Assembly: GCA_010093705.1 (NCBI GenBank) | Contig: MU006112.1 | Span: 1 to 64,000 of the forward strand | DNA: 64,000 nt | Origin: Patellaria atrata CBS 101060 | Lineage: Eukaryota | Direction of reading: 5' to 3' | Shown here: piece after piece, positions 24,111 to 36,782 of the stretch | Layout of the letters: each line of letters starts with the position of its first letter | How positions within the stretch are numbered: the first letter of the stretch is position 1 | Notes under the pieces: model-generated | What the model saw: the letters and a program-made list of their open reading frames with translations, nothing else | Database searches by the model: none | What the model was told of the DNA's origin: nothing | Made by a program: the position numbers and the translations under genes

Positions 24111-24750
24111 CGTTATAGCTAATACGTTAGCCTCAGGAGTTCTTGAGATAAAAAATGAGGATACAAATTTCTTTGACTTTGGCTCGGAGCAGTCTGTGAT
24201 TAAAGAGCACTATGACATCGTTATTTTCGAGTCAACTTGAGGCGATAAAGCTCCGCTGCTTTTTTACGCGTGTTTGCCTTTTGGTTGGTAAAGCTCCCGG
24301 TGGTGGCAAGTACATGAGGATTAGAAACAAAAAGGTTTGAGCAGCAGGCGGTACCGTAGTAACCGTACTGTAAGGTACCTGCTCCCGTCTGTCACACAAC
24401 CTGAAGCGAGGGCCGGCCATTGTCCACGCGCCCGCCCTTTTTACTGTATGGCAGTACAGAAGTCACTAGTCACAATAGAAGAATCGTTGGTGATTTGAGA
24501 CTACATAGATAGTGAAATGGGATCTATATGAGTTTTTCAGCTGAGGTAGTATTTTAACTCTCCGTCTTGCCTTTATGCTCAATATGCATTCTTCCAAGCA
24601 ATTAACAAGGATTGCGCTTAAGCTTGTAGCCATTCAAATAGGTTGAATGAATAAAATACAGCAATGTACAACTTCGCCCATGCAAGAAAGCCGCATAATC
24701 TGGTGGCCCTGGTGTGCTTTTGACTGTGCCGCACGCAACTAAACTCTGCC

Positions 24751-25176
24751 TTACTCCTCTTCCGCTTGCTCCATGTATTTGTGTTTAATGTCCTTCCATT
24801 GACGCTAGACAACTGTCAATTCACCGGCATTTCCCTCCCTGTAGGTTGTCGTCTACTCACGCCTCGATTTAATGAGTCCCATATCCTCTCTACGCCAGTG
24901 TCGAAAGCCCTGTGGTAGAGCAGAGGTTAGGTGTTGTACTTTTCAGGTATCGGACTTGAATCCTACATTTGAAATGCGAATGCGCTGACGAAGACTGTTC
25001 CGAGAAAGACAGTGTTTCTTCGCATGAAAGCGCTGTGATATTGTTAGGACGGTTTTCATCGTCGACGGAGGACGTGGGAGACGTGCTTGTAGATACCCGA
25101 TGCAATCTGCGCAAAACTGTGTCAGTGGCAATTGAACACTGAGAGATGTGATATTAGGAGTACTCACGCCTGCCAT
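24751..25176 (-). CDS. QCR9: Cytochrome bc1 complex subunit 9 (65 aa, 5 exons)
   Basis: Exons 25176-25168, 25106-25087, 25032-24967, 24909-24861 and 24804-24751 splice to MAGIASGIYNAFMRRNTVFLGTVFVSAFAFQMAFDTGVERIWDSLNRGRQWKDIKHKYMEQAEEE, with the Qcr9 hallmark N.G.QWKDIK. This requires a GC donor at 25086. Confidence 0.9.
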
Positions 25177-25635
25177 CTTGACGGTCGATGCCTTGCTACG
25201 GAGTAGTGTCTCCTGGATTGTTGGAATGTATGTAGGTGATGTCGATGGAAAAGAGGTCCGGTGGTTGTGAGAAGCCGCATTGAACCTCAAAAGGTTCGAA
25301 AAAGAAGTTGCCTGATTGGCCCGAGCCCAACCCTTCCAAAATGCCTCCCTCTACAACACTAAGATGCTTCAATAACCCTCCTGAGGTAATTGCTACAACC
25401 CGCGAGACTTACCTTCACAAAATACTAGTCATCACTCCAACCTTACTGTGTACTCAAGGCTTTCTCTTTACCTCAAACTCATCATAATCAGGTCACCGAA
25501 TCTCTGCTTATACGGAACCTCATCGACCGGCCTACCCGGTTCAGGAACAAGCAACTACAGTTACAAGGTGGTAAATAAGTAATTCCAAAAAACTGAGCAC
25601 AAGGTTTCTAAAAAACCAAGTGCTAGAATAAGTTC

Positions 25636-26325
25636 ATGACAATGGAACCCACCAACACCTCTAAATCAGGCATACAGACCTCCCCGAGTGGCTCTTCCTT
25701 TATCCCCTCCTCCACACGCGCGGATGGTTCCGTCCGCAAAGAAATCCGTGTCCGTCCCGGATATAAACCCCCTGAAGATGTCGAGGTGTACAAGAATCGC
25801 ACCGCTGAAGCCTGGAAGAACCGTGGCTCTGGAGGTATTCCAGGCGCGGAGAGTCTGAGGAGTAGTACTGGAAACGAGAAAAGTGGGGCGAGCAACAAAA
25901 ACGCAAAAAGGAGAGAGGCAAGAAAACGTGCTGCGGCTGTGAATGCGGAGCAAACTGGCGAGGACAGCGGGAATGCTGATGCCGTACTAAATCCTAGGTC
26001 AATATCACCGCTGAAAGACACGGCATATGCGGGAACAGACGAGACAGCCAAAGAGCGATTACGCCCTCCACAACCAAACGCACAGGAGCAACCGCAAGCA
26101 GTCTCAGAAACCGAGAAGGAGAAATCAGCTCGGAAGCTTATGAAGAAACTCCGTCAGGCACGTGATTTGAAGGATAAGAAAGAGCAAGGAGGGGCACTGC
26201 TACCAGAGCAGTTCGAGAAGGTGATAAAAATCAACGAGTTAATTAGGCAGCTCGATTCATTGGGATTTGATTCACAAGGGGAGAAGAAAAGTGTCACGGA
26301 GGAGAAGGGTACCACTTTCTCATAA
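25636..26325 (+). CDS. PYM1: Partner of Y14 and Mago (PYM/WIBG), exon-junction-complex disassembly factor
   Basis: Mago-binding motif IPSSTRADGSVRKEIRVRPGYKPPEDVEVY and C-terminal KKLRQARDLK...LLPEQFEKVIKINELIRQL. Confidence 0.88.
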   Translation: MTMEPTNTSKSGIQTSPSGSSFIPSSTRADGSVRKEIRVRPGYKPPEDVEVYKNRTAEAWKNRGSGGIPGAESLRSSTGNEKSGASNKNAKRREARKRAAAVNAEQTGEDSGNADAVLNPRSISPLKDTAYAGTDETAKERLRPPQPNAQEQPQAVSETEKEKSARKLMKKLRQARDLKDKKEQGGALLPEQFEKVIKINELIRQLDSLGFDSQGEKKSVTEEKGTTFS

Positions 26326-26722
26326 CAGGCATATCTTGCGGGTACTTCCAGAAGCGCTACAGAAGGTGAGTAAGGAATGTACGGAACGAATACATAATTC
26401 GTTTTCAAGACCAAATCTTGAGTTTCCAGCGAGGCGTTTAAGGATTAGTATGCGAAAAGCATATATAAGGCGTTTGGGGGTACTCGTCAAATTCAAGTAG
26501 ACCATGTAACTGGTATTTATCAACATGCAATCGCATATTGTATCAATTGACGCCCTCCAAGCTCCATGATCCATCAGATTAGGAGCCTCCACCTTGGATC
26601 GAACGCCCTGCAATTAACCTCCCATTCCTTTCTTAAGGTCAAAGACATGTCTCCGTGTAAATGTCACAACGCCATGCTACGATATCCCTTGAATCTCGTT
26701 GAATATACGCGGCCGCAGGTCT

Positions 26723-28109
26723 TCATCCAGCACCCCTAGGCTTTGACTTAGCAGCTTTCTTCTCCTTTGCGGCCGCTTTCTGCTTTTTCTTTTTCTCTTC
26801 GATCTTCTCTTCGTTCTTTCTCTTTAGTGCGGCCTGTTCTTCAGGAGTCCTCTGGACCGGTTTGAAGAATCCTTCTAGACGACTTTGCTGGGCAGACTTC
26901 AAGTTTTTTTGCAACCTTTGGGCTGCACCTCTTACCCTATCTTCATTGAACCCTTTGTCACTGACCAGGAATTTGACAAGGCCCTCGACATCTGGAGCTT
27001 CCCACTTGAAGTCACAGTCAGGATGGTCAGCATCACGGACGTCGGGTTCAAGGAACAGAGAACGAGCATCAGCATATGGCCAATCATCCGGAATAGTGTA
27101 CTTGGAAGACGACTTCATAAACTCCACAACCTTCTCAAGGGTCCCATGCTCACGAATGAGTTTCAATGCTGTGGATGGTCCAACCCCTTTGATGGGGTCC
27201 ACATAATCACAGCCAAGAAGGATACAAAGGTCGACGAACTATATGACAGTCTAGTGAGTATATGCAATTTCAAGAAAGACTGCGCTGGGTTTACCTGAGA
27301 TCTATCCATCTCCAATCCCGCCAAAACCCTATCAAGGTGGATTTCTTGGATCGGCTCCTTCCTCTGCTCACTAAATGTGAGATGGCGAAGGAGAATGGGG
27401 GAATTGAATGTGAGTGTGTCCATATCTTCTGAAGCGGCAGCATAGACCTTCTCAGCGCGAGCTAGGACGGCACATTGCGCCTCTGCTTCGGTCGGCGCAA
27501 TGATATACGGAATACCCATAAGCTTTAGTAACTGCTGACACTCCGCGTTATGTTCCCTCGTGACCCTTACAGTACGGCGAGAGAATCTCTCTACCTCCTC
27601 TGCCGTACCCGTCTCTTTGGCTTCTTCGTGCTGCTCTGCGGCCTCTGCTTTACGCTGGAATCGCTTCGCTAGTTCTCCGGACTTGAGCTTTGGTGGAGCG
27701 CCGTCGAAGACGTAGAGGGGTTTAATGCCATTGTCGACCATACGTAAAGTGCGATAAAACATTCCCATCAGATGTGAGGTCGTCTCTCCAGCGTCACTCA
27801 TCAATTGCTGGCCTTCCGATCGTACCGCAATCAGGAAACTATAAATACTCATAGACCTGGTGGGGAATATTAGGTACAGTTTATTTGGGAGGTAAAGATG
27901 AAAGCTCACGCATCCTACTTCATGTAAGCTTATTCTCTACGCGGTATATATACAACTTACGATGGCCACTTTTCTACCAAACTGATTCTTGATCTCGCCC
28001 ACCTTCACTGCATCGGGGCAATTGTCCTGAATGACCGAGTACAGACCTAAGGGTAGTTAGATCTTATCTTCTAAATGATGGTACCAATTTACAAACCCTT
28101 GATACCCAT
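26723..28109 (-). CDS. FEN1: Flap endonuclease 1
   Basis: MGIKGL...[65 protein letters not shown] and the PIP box QSRLEGFF. Includes a 5-nt micro-exon at 27914-27910. Confidence 0.97.
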
Positions 28110-28227
28110 GTTGAGAGTATTGGGGGTGTCGAGTCTGAGTTAGATGGCAATACCTTAGAGAAAGTTGAGCATGGAAAAAGTTGAGTGACGTGACCGGGGA
28201 GCTTCAATTCGAAGCGCGTTTCAATCA

Positions 28228-28233
28228 ACGCGT
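28228..28233. promoter_or_regulatory. MCB (MluI cell-cycle box) candidate in the FEN1 promoter
   Basis: ACGCGT about 120 bp upstream of the FEN1 ATG, with a near-match GCGCGT at about 28214. MCB elements are typical of fungal G1/S DNA-replication genes. Confidence 0.45.
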
Positions 28234-28582
28234 CTTACCGGGACTAGCGCGCCTTCAGTACTACCTTCCCATCTCATGTTACCCGAGACATATTTTCACA
28301 AAACTTAAATCTTCCTCTTCCAGGTTGTGTGCCGGATTATCGCGTTATATTTATCTTGAAGGTAATAATTAAATTTGAGGAACGTACCTTACCTTAGACA
28401 CTACATTTTCCATTGTACTGGACCTCCCTTACAGTAGCCATGGGGCCAAGATGCCTCGGCTGGACTTTCAGCTCCCGTCTGTGGTATCTCGGACATTTTA
28501 TGGGATTTTGTACTACATCCGTCTTTATATCTAGAAGAAATCCCCGGTTCTCGATTGCTCCACCGCTGCTTGATCGATCATC

Positions 28583-30015
28583 ATGTTGAACCCAATTCGT
28601 AGGCAAGCGGTCAAGCAATTTACTTCTACAACTCGCAACGTCACTTTAGGACGCCGGTATCTCTCCGCTCCTGTAGCATTCGATTGGAGAGATCCATTGG
28701 GGTCTAATAACTTATTCACAGAGGATGAATTGGCAATTGCAGAGACCGCGGAGTCATATTGTCAAGAACGTCTCCTGCCGCGAGTACTAGGTTCGTTCCC
28801 CTTTCCATTCTAGCACACAGCATGCTTATTATCCCAACTAGAGGCATACCGAAACGAGGACTATGACAAAAAAATTCTAGAGGAGATGGGGGAGTTGGGT
28901 CTATTGGGGGCTACAATAAAGGGTTACGATTGTGCAGGTGTATCCAGCGTAGCTGCTGGTCTAATCACACGGGCCGTTGAACGAGTTGACTCGGGATACC
29001 GATCGGGAATGTCCGTACAGAGCTCCTTAGTCATGGGTCCTATTGATGAATTTGGTACAGAGGAGATGAAACAGAAATACCTACCAGGAATGGCAAGGGG
29101 CAAGATTCTAGGATGCTTCGGACTCACTGAACCGAATCACGGTTCCGATCCAGGTAGTATGGAAACTACCGCTAAGGAACACCCTAGTAAGAAGGGATAC
29201 TATTCATTGTCTGGAGCTAAAACCTGGATCACAAACTCCCCCATAGCAGATGTATTGCTTGTATGGGCAAAATTACAATCGACAGGTAAAATAAGGGGCT
29301 TCCTTATTGACCGGGACCAATGTCCACCAGGCACGTTAGAGACACCTGCTATCAAGGACAAAAATGGTCTTAGAGCGTCCATCACGGGCATGATACAGCT
29401 CGATGAGTGCCCCGTCCCTGAGGAAAACATGCTCCCCAACATTGAAGGCTTAAAGGGTCCGTTCAGTTGTCTCAACTCCGCGCGCTTTGGTATTGCCTGG
29501 GGAGTAGTGGGCGCATTGGAAGATTGCATTGCCCGAGCTAGAGAATACGCACTAGAGAGAAAGCAGTTCAAGGGGAACCCGCTTGCAAAATATCAACTAG
29601 TGCAAAAGAAACTTGCTGACGCAGCTACGGATGCAGCTTATGGCATTGCAGTAGCAACTCAGGTTGGGAGACTCAAAGACGAAGGGAAGATTGCGCCAGA
29701 AATGATATCGATGATCAAGAGGCAGAACTGCGACAGGGCTTTGGTGAATGCGAGAGCGTGAGTCTAAGGGTCATATGCCTAGGCACCAAGTCCATTAGCT
29801 AATTGTTGTAGGCTTCAAGAAATCTTTGGCGGAAACGCTGTTAGCGATGAATATGGAATTGGCCGACATGTAGCGAATCTCTTCGTAACGCAAACCTACG
29901 AAGGACAGAGTGACATCCACGGTGAGCCTTACAGAGAGCAGTACAAGCAACGGCTAACGATGTTATAGCACTCATTATTGGCAGAGCAGTCACTGGAATT
30001 CAGGCCTTCTGTTAA
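28583..30015 (+). CDS. GCDH: Glutaryl-CoA dehydrogenase, mitochondrial
   Basis: Mitochondrial presequence, [48 protein letters not shown] and TYEGQSDIH. Three introns. Confidence 0.95.
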
Positions 30016-30700
30016 CCTGTAGATATTTCGTCCTGACTGTATATACGATATCGGATACGTAGGGTTCTGATGTGTTTCGTTCCGTATTTTCATATCGATC
30101 ATGGCGATGTGGGTAGCTGTTTTATGTTTGTTTTCGGCCTCTCGATACATTCCAGTATAGATGGTATGATGATTGTTATTCAGTACTCCACCTATCGATT
30201 GAGCCATCAGGAGCACGCGATCTGGCAGTGCCACATCCATGAGGACCTTAGGCGCGTATGGGTGATGAAACCGTGTGGGAATCACCTCAGTCGAGACACT
30301 CAACGTTTTGATGACCACATAGTGCACAATAATACGATTCCGCTACCTCAAGCTGGTCGTTCGGCGAGTCACGACTTCAATTATCAAATGCTTGGTCAGT
30401 AAGTTTGGAAATGAAGATCATTATTACTCTTCCTGTGACTCCGGCATTCGTTGTCTTTCTCTTTTGCTAGCGAGCGGCAAATCATGACAACGCACGGACC
30501 GTTGACGGAGGCTTTGGCCAGCTCCTTGTCCGCGCCTCAGCCCAAGCAAAACCATCACTTTCTTCCCAAGCAAACCAGGCCTGCCCCTCTTACCTACATT
30601 CACCACTTCCTTCTCCAACATTCACTTCACTCATAAGCTGCCTTCACCCTTCAAACCTCCCAAGATTCCTAGGTGTTCGGTCCTATAAGAACCTTCTAAA

Positions 30701-30791
30701 GTACGTTCGTGTAGTTTAACCCCGAAACTGCTTATCTGGAAGTGACTACCAACAAGCGGTCTGGCTAACTCTTTGATTCCGTAACCTGCAG
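30701..30791 (+). other. Probable 5'-UTR intron of UBC4
   Basis: GTACGT donor, GCTAAC branch point and CTGCAG acceptor, ending about 100 nt upstream of the ATG at 30890. Confidence 0.6.
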
Positions 30792-30889
30792 CCGAGTTCT
30801 AACTTCTTCATCTACGTCGAAGAGCGTCACCACTCATCTTATCCTCTACAAAAAGTCAAACTCCCACAAACCCACACTCGCTATCAGAC

Positions 30890-31720
<831 letters not shown>

Positions 31721-32514
31721 CCAATCCCTTGGTCGGCGCAAGCGGTTGACGGTGCGAGGGATAAGTTTCTTAGCGATGGTGACCTCATTCACTATGGGCG
31801 TGGGGACGCAGAGCTGGCATAATGTTATGCGGGACGATGCATATCGGAATATACTCTTCATGGATTAGGTTTCTCTGAAATACTTCCCCCTGTGCGTGTG
31901 TGAAGGTTGCGAACACCTTTCTTAACCCCCTTTCTCTTTTTCTATGCGGTTCTCTCTGCTTAAGGGGATATGTCTTCTTTCCTCTTTGCGGGTAGATCGA
32001 AATCATCAGTTTCCTTCGATGCATATTGGGCTCCTTATTTCCTCCAATGGTACATGCGTTTATGGGGGGTTTTATATGAATTTGCATATCTAGATCATTG
32101 ATTAACCTGTTCATTAACGATTATTATGAGGCTTTGTGATGCGGCTTATAGAATATAACGTTCTATTCATTGGGTCACCAAGCCGGAGTCGGCCTGTTCC
32201 CGAACAGTTTTGAGGTCTTCACCATGCATTTGCTAGTTGCAGAAAATGTCGAAGCATATTCTTACCAGTCGAGGGGCACTGGCGGGAAATGTTGGGTTCT
32301 CAAATGGCAGTGAGGCCGTAGTCTTATGACCTAACTTACGTCAGATGGGAGCCCAGTGTGTAATAAAGATTATTGTCTGATTATCTAAGGGCACGTGCTG
32401 TCTAGAATAGTTGGCTATTGATTGGCCCAAGGCCCCTTCATCCGCTTTAGAACGATTCTACCGTACCTCCAATATCAAACAACAAACTAAAACACCACCA
32501 ACAATCTAAATATT

Positions 32515-34160
32515 ATGGCATCAGCTGGTTCTACAGAGAAATCAAGAGACATCGAAAAGATACTAAACCAACTCGAGGCAGACTTAGCAGAACCGCCTCC
32601 AGGTAAGCTTCATGTTATTCAAAAGAAAAATTATCTTTGCTCTCCCATTGTTAGCACATGTGATTCTTTATCCTAACCTTTAAGTTGATTAACATCGTAG
32701 CACACGATGGACTTCTCGAAAGACTGAGATCCCATATAACCAGACCCATTGGTCTTGGCCCGCTGAGTACGAAACGGGGGATCTCAGTCCTCCTTCGCTA
32801 TGCCTTTGACTCAGCCTCGTCAACGAGCAATCGTAGTGCTCGGAGGTGTCTAAGTAATGTCTTACTTCTAGTTCCAGCATCGAGACAGCATCTTGCCGAT
32901 AGTGAGTATGTAGGACATGTTGTTAATGCTATGAAGGTTTGTTTAGCCCCTTTGAGACACGATTCGTTCTTGATTTTTGGCACAGTTTAGTTCCTATATT
33001 GGTACTAATTCGTCCTTAGAGTGAAGATCTAATGGACCAACTAATCTCTGCGAGAATTTTATTTCTCTGTACCTTTGTTACCACATTTGACTTCGAGGCT
33101 TTGTTTGAAGAACATCACATCTCTGGGATTATCAACACAGTGAGTTCAATATCACTCCCTTATCAACCGTACATAATAACCGAACTTTCAGACGCTATCC
33201 CGATATTCCGAATTCATTGGTACAGGTCCGTCCTCCTCCCGACATGGGCCTTCATCAATCATGGCCGCGTGTGATGAGGTTCTAAAACTTCTCTACACCC
33301 TCATTGCGAAGCACCCATCAAGCGAACCCCTGTTCTCATCTTCTGTTACTCCTGTCCTTAAACTCTTCACTTCATTTTCATTAGCTTCACCTCCTTTGCA
33401 ACCCCCTATTTCTTCGCTGATAAATGCGCTCTCTATCTTACCACTACCAAAACAAAGTGATAATGCTTCCGGATTTACCGACTTATTCCCTGAATCTGAT
33501 TCTCATATCATCGTTGATCGCTTGGACAACATTTTACTCTCGACTATAGAAAGTTCAACACCTTCCGATTTAGATGCTCAGATATCCCCTCTTATCCAGA
33601 GCCTTCTCCGTATTGCAGAGGTTGCGCCAGCGAATCTAAAGACACATTTACAGTCCCAGTTGCTCCCGTCCTCGGAAGATCGGGAAAAAGTTCTCGGAAC
33701 AGGAGATTCGTTGCCAATGCGACTTCTACGCCTGACTAACGTACCCAGTGCTCCTCATCTGATGGAGCTCATTCCAGCTCTTCTGTTCGAACTCTCAGAT
33801 AAGGATCCAAGGAAGCTTGTCCAAAACATTGGATACGGGTATGCGGCAGGGTACTTGGCTTCACAGTCCATCAAACTCCCGGAAGATGCGCTTAGTTCCG
33901 CATCGGATAGGAGCAGAATCACTGAATTACCGGAGGGTGAGGACGAGTTAGAGGGTGATATTCCCGTCAATCCCATTACGGGGCAGAGGTTAGACAGAGA
34001 AGCAAAGGTTGAGATACCCGAAATGACGGATGAAGAGAAGGAGAGGGAGGCGGAACGCTTGTTTGTGCTGTTCGAACGGTTGAGAGCAACTGGAGTTGTA
34101 GATGTGGAAAATCCTGTGGCTCAAGCTGCTAGGGAGGGGAGATTAGAGGAGAAAGCGTAG
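32515..34160 (+). CDS. RIC8: Ric8/synembryn G-alpha chaperone/GEF
   Basis: ARRCLSNVLLL, ARILFLCT, LLFELSDKDPRKLVQNIGYGYAAGYL and VNPITGQ...EMTDEEKEREAERLFVLFERLRATGVVDVENPV. The 5' exons are inferred. Confidence 0.92.
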
Positions 34161-35051
34161 ATATCCTTGAAAGGGGTAGAGAGGCCAACTCTAGGACATG
34201 GGATGAGCTTCTACTCCTATGCGGTGGTTGGAAACATTGGTTATTTCCGCTACTTCTTTTGAATATGCCCCTGGACTGGCAAGGTTGTCACGTGAATCTT
34301 GACACTGGCTAATTGATATGTATCAAACGCCTTCTTGACTCTTCATTTCCTATATAGCAGAGTTCAGACGGGAGATACCATACGGGAGACAAGCAATGGG
34401 CCGAAAGGGGGAATGACCCGAAAAGGGAATGACCCTAAAAGGAAAGGGTTAGCAACCGAATGGTACAACCCATATTTGTGAACTCCTGATGCAACCAGAG
34501 GAACTGAATTATTCTTCAAAAAGAAATATAAGGGTAGTAAGGTATAGAATATCACCTTAATACTTCACCAACTTTGGATAGATCCATAGCTCAGCGGAAA
34601 GCCCACTCCCTACTTTTCGTCCCCCCGACTTTTGTCCCAAGAATCTTGTTACCGCTAAACCCGAAACGACAGGGCTGGGTCCACATCTTCTGGAGAGACG
34701 CTCCGAAACTGCAGCGCAACAAAAAGGAAGGACTCAATCCATCCAGAGGACCCTACCGCCATTGTCATGAATGATTGTCGATACTACGTCTACGAAACAA
34801 ACTTAAGACTACTTTGAATGGCACGCGCGACGTCGTACATCAAATCAGAGTTCCCGCCTCGTATCTCCCATGACCACATCCTCTGTGGTCAATCATCAGC
34901 CGTCATCAAACATCCGATGAGCGAGTCTCTACATCAATTATCGAGGCAAATTCTACGATAGCTCTGGATAGCTGTCGGTGCTGCTCCTAGCAGCTCTTTG
35001 CTTTGGAATTTACATGAGCGGAGGCTGTAAGGCGCCTTAAGACTGAGCATT

Positions 35052-36273
35052 ATGGGCTCTCGCACACCGAGCGACAGTCGGTTCACAGATCGGTCGACAC
35101 CGCTCACTCAGATGGGCAATCTTTCTTCAAATGGCTCTGATGGATCGAATGTGAGTAATGGGAAGTCATTCGCCCAATATTGAGGGTACTGCTGACACCT
35201 TTCATCAGCCTTCCACCCTTCTAACACCTCCGCCGTCAAATCTTTCCAAGTTCCGAGATGTAATATGCCAGCCCATTCTCGCTTCCTTTATTGCAGGAGG
35301 AGTTGCGGGTGCAGTTTCACGGACGGTTGTCTCCCCGCTGGAACGGTTAAAGATTCTCTTTCAAGTTCAAAGTGTAGGACGAAACGAATATAAAATGTCT
35401 GTACCGAAAGCCTTAGGGAAGATGTGGAGGGAAGAGGGGTGGAGAGGATTCATGGCTGGTAACGGTACTAATTGTATACGCATTGTCCCCTACTCGGCGG
35501 TACAATTTGGGTCGTACAACTTTTACAAACGATTCTTCGAAAGTACCCCTGGAGCCCCTTTGGACGCATACCAACGATTAGTATGTGGTGGTTGTGCAGG
35601 AATTACGTCAGTCAGTGCGACGTACCCGCTTGATATCGTACGGACACGACTGTCCATTCAGTCCGCGTCGTTTGCTACCCTATCGTCGCAGGGCCGTGAG
35701 AAGTTACCTGGAATGTGGAGACTCCTTGTTCTCATGTACAAAACCGAAGGAGGTATTACAGCCTTGTATCGCGGCATCATCCCCACCGTAGCTGGGGTTG
35801 CACCATACGTAGGTGAACCTAAAGGATTTTACTGCCTTTGACTAATATCGTTATAGGTGGGGTTGAATTTCATGACCTACGAAGCTATGCGTCAATATTT
35901 CACACCTAAAGGGCAAGATAATCCAGGACAGCTAGGGAAGTTAGGAGCTGGTGCAGTAGCTGGGGCCGTCGCGCAGTCAATCACGTATCCATTGTGAGTC
36001 TGGACCCTAGTACGAGGGATTGACTTTTAGCTAACTATTCTTAGCGATGTGTTGAGACGAAGATTTCAGATCAACACCATGTCAGGGATGGGCTACCAGT
36101 ATAAATCGATATTCGATGCTATCAGAGTCATCTTGAAGCATGAAGGCATCAAGGGTTTCTATAAAGGCATTACGCCGAACTTACTAAAAGTAGCCCCGAG
36201 CATGGCTAGTAGCTGGGCGAGCTTTGAACTCACTCGGGATTTCCTCACAGGCCTAAAAGATTACGATCTGTAA
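35052..36273 (+). CDS. Mitochondrial carrier (SLC25A42/YPR011C-like nucleotide/cofactor carrier)
   Basis: Three carrier repeats with Px[D/E]xx[K/R] signatures (SPLERLK, YPLDIVR, YPFDVLR) and AGNGTNCIRIVPYSAVQF. Introns start near 35151, 35809 and 35994. Confidence 0.9.
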
Positions 36274-36782
36274 TGGCCATATTGATCCGAAAATTAGGCC
36301 CGGTATCCATTACACGCAAATCCTTTTCTTGGCGGAGCATAGCATCTAACTGGTCATAGATTAGACACTTCGAGATATTAGAGGAGTATATCACTCCTGC
36401 TGTAGATATATATTTTTGATTCATTTAAGCGCATTGGGTGGATGGGTTGGAATCATGGTCTAGCGGGATTTGGCGTAAAACGGGATATCTATTGCTAGAA
36501 GATCTAGTAAGGTTATTATGATTTACATTAAGATAAATAGCATGTACACCAGGTAATCACATGTTTTGATCTTCCAAAGTGCAGAATATTCACAATCGAC
36601 ACTTCATACGAAGTACTTCCCAATGGAGTAATGCGGAAAAGTTCCGCCGTAGAACTAGACTAATGTCCCTGGTCCCTTGTCCCATGGTCGTCAATTCTTT
36701 GCAGCCCTACGCGATGTATGCGGCTCTACCGAGTAGTTTTTCAAGTAACGACCATTCTCATTGTCATCATTAGATTTTGCAA

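Noticed and set aside
34361..34450. Short direct repeats (ACGGGAGA x2, GGGAATGACCC x2)
   Set aside because: Too short and local, and consistent with replication slippage.
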